From a virus (Duplodnaviria > Heunggongvirae > Uroviricota > Caudoviricetes), in the IMG/VR virus record IMGVR_UViG_2534681663_000023, positions 1 to 13,507 of that record: a stretch of 13,507 bases of DNA. The stretch is one strand, 5' to 3'. Shown here in pieces: positions 8,160 through 13,507 of the stretch (position 1 is the first letter of the stretch; the number at the start of each line of letters is the position of its first letter). The notes below the pieces were generated by a model. That model saw only the letters and a program-made list of their open reading frames with translations. It was not told where the DNA came from and did no database searches. A program made the translations under genes and the position numbers.

Positions 8160-8720
8160 TCAGTCGTCCGTGCGGAGGTACTGGTAGAGGGTTTCCCGGC
8201 TGATGTTGAACTCGCGGGCAAGCTGCGCCTTGGGCTCGCCGGCCGTCGCTCGCTGCCGCAGGGTAGCAGCCTGCTCATCGGACAGGGCTTTCTTGCGGCC
8301 CCGGTACGCGCCACGCTGCTTGGCCAAGGCGATGCCCTCACGCTGCCGCTCGCGGATCAGGGCGCGCTCGAACTCAGCGAAGGCCCCCATCACCGACAGC
8401 ATCAGGTTGGCCATCGGCGAGTCCTCGCCAGTGAACACCAGGCCCTCCTTCAGGAACTCGATGCGCACGCCGCGCTGAGTCAGCTTCTGTACCAAGCGAC
8501 GCAGGTCATCGAGGTTGCGGGCCAGCCGATCCATGCTGTGCACCACCACTGTATCGCCTTCGCGGACGAAGCTCAGCAGCGCTTCGAGCTGGGGGCGCTG
8601 GGTGTCCTTGCCCGATGCCTTGTCGGTGAACACCTTGCTCACCTGGGTTTGTTCCAGCTGGCGTTCCGGGTTCTGGTCAAAGCTGCTGACCCGGACGTAG
8701 CCGATGCGGTGCCCCTGCAC
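8160..8720 (-). CDS. tnpR: Serine resolvase TnpR (186 aa)
   Basis: N-terminal serine-recombinase motif (IGYVRVSSFDQNPERQ), C-terminal HTH (ISRETLYQYLR); sits directly upstream of tnpA in the same orientation, as in the Tn21 subgroup. Confidence 0.95.
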   Translation of the reverse strand: MQGHRIGYVRVSSFDQNPERQLEQTQVSKVFTDKASGKDTQRPQLEALLSFVREGDTVVVHSMDRLARNLDDLRRLVQKLTQRGVRIEFLKEGLVFTGEDSPMANLMLSVMGAFAEFERALIRERQREGIALAKQRGAYRGRKKALSDEQAATLRQRATAGEPKAQLAREFNISRETLYQYLRTDD

Positions 8721-8724
8721 GATG

Positions 8725-8900
8725 TCTCCTTGGTTGAAGGCGGCTTAAGTGCACTTTCTGTTCCGTTGTGCCTCAAAGCCCATTTCTGTCAGGCTGAAAT
8801 CTATAACCTTCGCGGGCATGTGTCAAAAAATGGGAAAGCAGACTCTATTCTGACGAAGCGGCGCGGCCCTGCCTGACATCAAGTTAGGGTATAGCCTAGA
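8725..8900. promoter_or_regulatory. Putative res (resolution) site and tnpR promoter region
   Basis: Lies immediately upstream of tnpR and contains several TGTCA/TGACA half-site-like repeats (TGTCAGGCTGAAAT..., CATGTGTCA, CTGCCTGACATC). Exact subsite boundaries not determined. Confidence 0.5.
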
Positions 8901-9029
8901 TTGACATGCGCGATGCAACCCTTAACTTGCTTGCACCTATCGTTTCCATGCTAGCTTTATCGTAACGCTCAAGAAATTGGGCTTAATGCCGAAAACAATA
9001 AAATAAAACAGCCAACCCTTGAGGTTCTT

Positions 9030-10607
9030 ATGCGCCAGAATTTACCAGTGACGGGTCGAAACTTAGAACTCCCAAAAGATGCCAATATTCTTTCGACTAC
9101 CTCCCCTCAAAGCCATATCACGTACGTTAATCCTGACTTCATTAAAATCAGTGGTTTCACTGAGGAAGAACTATTAGGCCAGCCTCACAACATCGTAAGA
9201 CACCCAGATATGCCGCCTGCTGCATTTGAGCATATGTGGAGTACATTAAAATCTGGCCGCTCATGGATGGGGCTAGTAAAAAATCGCTGTAAAAATGGCG
9301 ACCACTATTGGGTAAGTGCTTATGTAACGCCAATAGCTAAGAATGGTTCGATTGTTGAATACCAGTCTGTAAGGACCAAGCCTGAACCTGAGCAGGTTTT
9401 GGCTGCGGAAAAATTATATGCTCAATTGAGAAGCGGGAAGGCCGCGAGGCCGAAATTGGCTGCTAGCTTTTCCGTGAAAATACTCTTGCTCATATGGGGT
9501 AGTATTATATCAAGCGCAATGGCTGCCGGCATGCTTACTGATACATCAATAAGCAGCTTATTGTTAGCCACTTTAATGTCAGGAAGCTTAAGCTCTGTTA
9601 GTGTTTTGGCTATTCTCTCTCCTCTTGGAAGACTGGTTGAAAGAGCCAGGAATATTTCCAATAACCCATTAAGTCAATCCCTCTACACTGGGCGCACCGA
9701 TGAGTTTGGCCAAATAGAGTTTGCTTTACGAATGATGCAAGCTGAAACAGGCGCCATAGTAGGTCGCATAGGTGATGCATCAAATCGGCTTAGCGAACAC
9801 ACCCGAGGCCTACTAAAGGATATTGAGTCAAGCAATGTACTTACAGTTGAGCAGCAGGCAGAGACAGATCAAATAGCAACGGCAGTAAACCAAATGGTGG
9901 CAAGCATTCAAGAGGTTGCGAGCAATGCACAGCATGCTGCAGATGCGGCCGGAAGAGCAGACACTGAGACGGCATCTGGCCAGCGTCTGGTAGCCCACAC
10001 AAGCCAGTCAATCACTGCCCTTGAAGGTGAAATTAGGCAAGCCACTCAGGTTATTCATGAGCTTGAAGGTCAAAGTAACGAGATATCAAAAGTTCTTGAC
10101 GTTATACGAGGGATCGCCGAGCAAACGAATTTGTTGGCACTCAACGCAGCAATTGAGGCCGCGCGTGCTGGTGAGCAGGGGCGTGGTTTTGCTGTTGTCG
10201 CCGATGAGGTTCGCAGTCTTGCTGCTCGCACACAGCAATCGACAACGGATATTCAAAGCATGATCAGCGCTCTACAAGAGCGAGCGCAATCCGCTGTTAC
10301 AGTCATGGAGCAAAGTAGTCGGCAAGCGCACACGAGTGTAGCTCACGCAGAGGAAGCAGCTACAGCTCTTGATGGAATTGGCCAACGCGTTAACGAAATT
10401 ACCGACATGAACGCGCAAATAGCGACTGCGGTCGAGCAGCAGGGAGCAGTAAGTGAAGACATAAACCGCAGTATTATCAATATACGCGATGCTGCTGATA
10501 CCAATGTACAGACCGGGCAGAATAATTTGCAAAGTGCGAAATCTGTCGCTCAGTTAACTAGCGCTCTGAGCGAACTGGCAAAACAGTTTTGGGAAAAACG
10601 AGGATAA
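9030..10607 (+). CDS. aer: Aer-like aerotaxis receptor (N-terminal PAS, membrane hairpin, methyl-accepting chemotaxis signalling domain), 525 aa; transposon passenger
   Basis: N-terminus closely resembles E. coli Aer PAS ([68 protein letters not shown]); hydrophobic hairpin near residues 150-195; conserved signalling core ([32 protein letters not shown]). Confidence 0.85.
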   Translation: MRQNLPVTGRNLELPKDANILSTTSPQSHITYVNPDFIKISGFTEEELLGQPHNIVRHPDMPPAAFEHMWSTLKSGRSWMGLVKNRCKNGDHYWVSAYVTPIAKNGSIVEYQSVRTKPEPEQVLAAEKLYAQLRSGKAARPKLAASFSVKILLLIWGSIISSAMAAGMLTDTSISSLLLATLMSGSLSSVSVLAILSPLGRLVERARNISNNPLSQSLYTGRTDEFGQIEFALRMMQAETGAIVGRIGDASNRLSEHTRGLLKDIESSNVLTVEQQAETDQIATAVNQMVASIQEVASNAQHAADAAGRADTETASGQRLVAHTSQSITALEGEIRQATQVIHELEGQSNEISKVLDVIRGIAEQTNLLALNAAIEAARAGEQGRGFAVVADEVRSLAARTQQSTTDIQSMISALQERAQSAVTVMEQSSRQAHTSVAHAEEAATALDGIGQRVNEITDMNAQIATAVEQQGAVSEDINRSIINIRDAADTNVQTGQNNLQSAKSVAQLTSALSELAKQFWEKRG

Positions 10608-10626
10608 CGCTTTTCAGTATCTCGAC

Positions 10627-10661
10627 AGGGATAACTTACTTTACCATCGGTTATCCCTTTT
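10627..10661 (+). terminator. Rho-independent terminator after the chemoreceptor gene
   Basis: Hairpin AGGGATAAC-(14 nt)-GTTATCCCT followed by TTTT, about 20 bp after the stop codon. Confidence 0.5.
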
Positions 10662-10740
10662 AGCCGCACAAATTTTAGCCATGGCTTTTCAGGAAGTCAG
10701 GGCTATCAGAATGGCCTTAGAAAGCCTAGTCAAAGAGCTG

Positions 10741-12078
10741 TCACGAGAACACCGTTAGCTTAGCGTACGATTTTTTCCGAATTCTGCGGTTCCCCCATTT
10801 AGGCCACTTCAGACGTGGATGACGCAAGCTACCATCTGGCGTTTTCTCATGGCAGTGAACCTCAACGATGCGTCCACGATACTTCTCCTGATTGTTCCAG
10901 ATTTCATCCAGGTATTTATGCTTGATACCGCTGGCACGAACGATGACGCCGTTCTCCAGACGAATCACTATCTTGCCTAGCGTATGCGCAAATCCAGAAT
11001 CCGGATCGCCAGGCTCGAAGTCGATGATTTCACCGTCTTCTGAATCCTCGTCTTTCAGCTTCCACCAGCTGCGGGTACGTTTGAACTCGTAAACTGAATC
11101 CGGATCTTTGCCCATCTCTCCCTCTTCATTCTCGTCCAGTCGCTTCATGAAACGTTCGATGAAATCTTCGTGGCTATGGATGATGTAGAACGGATGAAGG
11201 TGGATATCTTGCGCATAATCTTCCACGCAAGTGTTGCGGAACAACGCCACCAGCATAGCCAGGCGCTCTTTCAGCTTCATACCGGTCTTCAGGTACTCTT
11301 TGCTTTTTGCTTGAGCACGCCACTCCGGTAAGAAGAAATCGAAAATGTGGTAAACGGCACCAATGGCTTTCACGTTCTTCTTACGAAGCGCCGACACTGA
11401 CTGGTTGAATGTACCTGCAGTGCCCTCTCCATCGAAGAAGATGTGATTGAAGCCGGAGAGTCTGCCCCGCTCCAGCATGGCTGGTTTAAGGTGATCGAGT
11501 GACGTAATCGGATTGCCGGTGCGCGTCAGGAAATTGACCTCACCCTCGTCCACGATGACTTCGCAGATAACCCGGAGACCATCGAGTTTGAGACTGCCGA
11601 TCATTGGCCACTTGGCCTTTGGATTTGGTTTAAATGGGTATTTGTCGCCTTTCTCCTTGTACGGAGACGCCAGCTGTACCTCAAACTTCGGAATTGGGTT
11701 TTCGAACACCTTGTTGCACAGGCTGATGCCGACACCGGCTTTCGGATCTTTCAGCAGGAAGCGACGAAACACGTCCTGCCCGTCAGCGCACATCGAGGCA
11801 ACGAGTGATTCGACAGCAGCAATAGCGATGTTCCCGGTCAGTTCGCGCGCTGCCAGCTTCTCCAGCAGATCTACTACCTTCTGGTCGCTGGGTACGGAAG
11901 TATCGAGTGGCTCGGCCACTTTGTACTTCTTCACACCGAATCGAATGAATGGATTGAGCATTAGCGAGACCATGCTCTGTTCAAATTCATCCAGATTGGC
12001 CAGCGCCTCTTTCTTGGCGTTGGTTCCCATCGTTTTAATAGCATCCAGCTTGTGCTTTAGGGCGATCAGTTTTTCCAT
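10741..12078 (-). CDS. T4-type ATP-dependent DNA ligase; 3' end interrupted by the transposon (last 18 codons of this ORF are read from the ATTTA duplication and terminal repeat)
   Basis: Nucleotidyltransferase motifs in order: I KLDGLR, III FFDGEG, IIIa YHIFDF, IV EGEMGKD, V WWKLK, VI LRHPRL. N-terminal region parallels T4 ligase as recalled (LTGNIAIAAV, ISLCNKVFENPIP, LASPYKEKG). GGAGG lies about 10 nt upstream of the ATG. Confidence 0.85.
   Translation of the reverse strand: MEKLIALKHKLDAIKTMGTNAKKEALANLDEFEQSMVSLMLNPFIRFGVKKYKVAEPLDTSVPSDQKVVDLLEKLAARELTGNIAIAAVESLVASMCADGQDVFRRFLLKDPKAGVGISLCNKVFENPIPKFEVQLASPYKEKGDKYPFKPNPKAKWPMIGSLKLDGLRVICEVIVDEGEVNFLTRTGNPITSLDHLKPAMLERGRLSGFNHIFFDGEGTAGTFNQSVSALRKKNVKAIGAVYHIFDFFLPEWRAQAKSKEYLKTGMKLKERLAMLVALFRNTCVEDYAQDIHLHPFYIIHSHEDFIERFMKRLDENEEGEMGKDPDSVYEFKRTRSWWKLKDEDSEDGEIIDFEPGDPDSGFAHTLGKIVIRLENGVIVRASGIKHKYLDEIWNNQEKYRGRIVEVHCHEKTPDGSLRHPRLKWPKWGNRRIRKKSYAKLTVFS
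10759..10796 (-). repeat. Transposon terminal inverted repeat, passenger-proximal (38 bp)
   Basis: Reverse complement matches the tnpA-proximal repeat at 35 of 38 positions; followed immediately by ATTTA. Confidence 0.85.
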
Positions 12079-12112
12079 TAGTGTTTAACCTCCATCGGTC
12101 GCTCGGGAGTTT

Positions 12113-12589
12113 TCATGTGTTTTCTTTGGTTGCTTCTTCAATGAGTGCCGCGTACACGTCAGTGACCGGCGCCAGTGAATCGGTGGGCTTGGTTTCGGAT
12201 TTAGCAGGTTCTGTTTTCTTCGTGCGATGAATAAGACTGTCAATTGTCGCGGTGTTTCGCTTCCGGGGGAGCGTTCTGGCATGGTCGTTTTGCTCTTCCA
12301 CTTCTTTGATAAGTGAAGACATATCGATGAAGTAGAGCTGTTCGTCTTTGCGGATCTCTTCGACCATCATTTTCAGTGCCTGACATTTACCAGCAGCAAT
12401 AGCCGCAGCGCAGGACTGGAACGATGTAGCCGGGAGACGTTTTTCTTTATAGGCGAGGATCGTGTGTTGGCAGACTGTATAGCTGCAATGAGCCTCATGG
12501 CCGTTGAGCTTCACTTCCGGGCAGCGCAGCGAATAACCGTTGTTTCCGGAGATAGACGGGATTTTCGACAAATCTGTTCTTGTGGACAT
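12113..12589 (-). CDS. Hypothetical Cys/His-rich protein (158 aa), possible zinc-binding; directly upstream of the ligase
   Basis: ORF track; cluster RCPEVKLNGHEAHCSYTVCQH...CAAAIAAGKC; 34-bp gap to the ligase start, same strand. No family recognised. Confidence 0.45.
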   Translation of the reverse strand: MSTRTDLSKIPSISGNNGYSLRCPEVKLNGHEAHCSYTVCQHTILAYKEKRLPATSFQSCAAAIAAGKCQALKMMVEEIRKDEQLYFIDMSSLIKEVEEQNDHARTLPRKRNTATIDSLIHRTKKTEPAKSETKPTDSLAPVTDVYAALIEEATKENT

Positions 12590-12636
12590 GCTTCTAACCG
12601 TAATCTTGTACTTACTTATTAATCGCAGTTTAAAGA

Positions 12637-12653
12637 AGCCCCACGAGGGGGCT
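12637..12653. other. Short GC hairpin (AGCCCC-ACGAG-GGGGCT) between the upstream gene and the 158-aa gene
   Basis: Read from the sequence; no convincing U-run on the minus strand, so it may be an attenuator or structural element rather than a terminator. Confidence 0.25.
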
Positions 12654-12670
12654 AAATGTTTTATCGAGGC

Positions 12671-13069
12671 TTACCAGGTCGCCCAGCCAGTCATTTTGTC
12701 CTGAGCAGCTTCGAACCGGTATGGGTCCAGTAAATCGTTGGTACGATGAACGGCGTAGGATTTGGCTTCTTGTTTAATCATGGGTAATTCGTTGGCCAGA
12801 CGAGCCACTTGCCCTGCAAAACTGGCGAGTACTCCGTCACATGCCTGACCCGCGTCGACAATGATGCGCACCAGGTCTAAGTCGCTGCGGCACATATCGC
12901 AGATAATGCCGTATTCCACCTCACGAATGCGCTCAACGGCTTTTTTGATATCGCCACTGACCACCAATTCCAGCAAACCAGGTGGAGTTGTCAGATCTGT
13001 TACGCGCTCGGTAACTTCAGACTGTTCGACAATACTCAGGAACGCCGCGATGGACGGGTCATCCGCCAC
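12671..13069 (-). CDS. Hypothetical protein, probably the C-terminal part of a larger gene truncated by the IS3-family insertion
   Basis: The annotated start is GTG with no clear RBS; the frame stays open for 19 more codons upstream (ERFEDIVDATLRTLKVRAG...) right up to the IS boundary at 13127. No family recognised. Confidence 0.4.
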   Translation of the reverse strand: MADDPSIAAFLSIVEQSEVTERVTDLTTPPGLLELVVSGDIKKAVERIREVEYGIICDMCRSDLDLVRIIVDAGQACDGVLASFAGQVARLANELPMIKQEAKSYAVHRTNDLLDPYRFEAAQDKMTGWATW

Positions 13070-13126
13070 ACCAGCTCTGACTTTGAGCGTGCGAAGAGTT
13101 GCGTCGACAATATCCTCAAACCGTTC

Positions 13127-13507
13127 TGAACCGCCCCGGAAATCCTGGAGACTAAACTCCCTGAGAAAGAGGTAAACAGGATGACTAAAAATACTCGTTT
13201 TTCCCCCGAAGTCCGTCAGCGGGCGATTCGTATGGTTCTGGAAAGTCAGGATGAATATGACTCACAGTGGGCGGCAATTTGTTCCATTGCCCCAAAGATT
13301 GGCTGTACGCCGGAGACTCTGCGTGTCTGGGTTCGCCAGCATGAGCGGGATACCGGGGGCGGTGATGGTGGGCTCACCAGCGCTGAACGTCAGCGTCTGA
13401 AAGAGCTGGAACGTGAAAATCGTGAACTGCGCCGCAGTAACGATATCCTTCGCCAGGCTTCCGCTTATTTTGCGAAGGCGGAGTTCGACCGCCTCTGGAA
13501 AAAATGA
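13127..13507 (+). mobile_element. IS3-family insertion sequence (IS629/IS1203-like), left end; continues beyond the window
   Basis: Terminal sequence TGAACCGCCCCGGAAATCCTGGAG... followed about 55 bp later by an OrfA-type gene; matches the IS629-like left end as recalled. Confidence 0.8.
13181..13507 (+). CDS. IS3-family transposase OrfA (108 aa, HTH plus leucine zipper)
   Basis: [23 protein letters not shown]...[34 protein letters not shown] is the typical IS3 OrfA; ends at an A6 run before TGA, consistent with the programmed -1 frameshift site into OrfB, which lies outside the window. Confidence 0.9.
   Translation: MTKNTRFSPEVRQRAIRMVLESQDEYDSQWAAICSIAPKIGCTPETLRVWVRQHERDTGGGDGGLTSAERQRLKELERENRELRRSNDILRQASAYFAKAEFDRLWKK

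Larger units (their letters stand above)
5157..10796. mobile_element. Tn3-family (Tn21-subgroup-like) transposon, about 5.6 kb: IR, tnpA, tnpR, res, Aer-like chemoreceptor passenger, IR
   Basis: 38-bp terminal inverted repeats agree at 35 of 38 positions (left GGGGAGCCCGCAGAATTCGGAAAAAATCGTACGCTAAG; right GGGGGAACCGCAGAATTCGGAAAAAATCGTACGCTAAG read inward); flanked by ATTTA direct repeats; encodes a 988-aa TnpA and 186-aa resolvase. Confidence 0.9.

Noticed and set aside
5280-8876. Many plus-strand ORFs in the track (5280-5855, 5859-6128, 6147-6443, 6283-6696, 6857-7066, 6930-7712, 7604-7933, 7821-8876, 8203-8478, 8515-8700) and minus-strand ORFs (4954-5385, 7094-7285, 7669-7926, 8141-8341) overlapping tnpA and tnpR
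   Set aside because: They lie in or against the very GC-rich tnpA/tnpR coding sequence, where stop codons are rare in all frames; their translations are low-complexity (Arg/Ala/Gly/Pro-rich) and the region is fully explained by tnpA and tnpR.
8960-8975. Sequence ACGCTCAAG resembling the inner end of a Tn3-family terminal repeat, within the res/passenger junction
   Set aside because: No GGGG outer end at the expected 38-bp spacing and the orientation is wrong for a right end; the genuine second repeat is at 10759-10796 with a matching target duplication.
9422-10532. ORFs 9422-9661 (-), 10021-10263 (+), 10272-10532 (-) inside the chemoreceptor gene
   Set aside because: Embedded in or antisense to a well-supported 525-aa chemoreceptor ORF.
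10892-12282. ORFs 10892-11092 (+), 11513-12088 (+), 12085-12282 (-) overlapping the ligase and 158-aa genes
   Set aside because: Antisense or alternative-frame to well-supported genes; Ser/Thr/Pro-rich low-complexity translations.
12861-13175. Plus-strand 104-aa ORF spanning the truncated gene and the IS boundary
   Set aside because: Crosses the IS left end and is antisense to the truncated gene; Ser/Arg-rich; an artefact of the junction.
1-13507. Searched for CRISPR arrays and for a second copy of the tRNA-Asn 3' end (island att duplicate)
   Set aside because: No regularly spaced direct repeats typical of CRISPR were seen, and no duplicate of the tRNA 3' end sequence was found by eye in the window; the other island boundary is presumably outside it.

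Overview
This window is a mosaic accessory region with three layers of mobile DNA. All calls were made by eye from the sequence and the supplied ORF track; no searches were run.
(1) Left (1-3541): a small hypothetical gene, an HTH regulator convergent with a P4-like tyrosine integrase, a two-gene YafO-like toxin module, and a tRNA-Asn(GTT) followed by a hairpin terminator. This looks like a tRNA-associated island flank.
(2) Middle and right: a minus-strand operon built around a T4-type ATP-dependent DNA ligase. It has been broken twice. A 5.6-kb Tn3-family transposon (5157-10796; tnpA, tnpR, res, and an Aer-like PAS chemoreceptor as passenger) sits in the 3' end of the ligase gene, with 38-bp inverted repeats and a 5-bp ATTTA target duplication. 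An IS3-family element (left end at 13127) abuts the gene upstream of the operon, which is probably truncated.
(3) Removing the transposon in silico rejoins the ligase reading frame to a short native C-terminus whose stop overlaps the start of a chain of four small, translationally coupled ORFs (59, 70, 50 and 101 aa; three with an N-terminal hydrophobic helix). Two of these are below the ORF track's size cut-off.
The reconstructed module (IS-truncated gene, Cys/His-rich 158-aa protein, T4-type ligase, four small ORFs) matches no system I can name and is the best candidate for something undescribed; its function is unknown. A 12-15-bp motif, ATGATTCCATAC(ATC), recurs at three loci, including a perfect palindrome upstream of the integrase.
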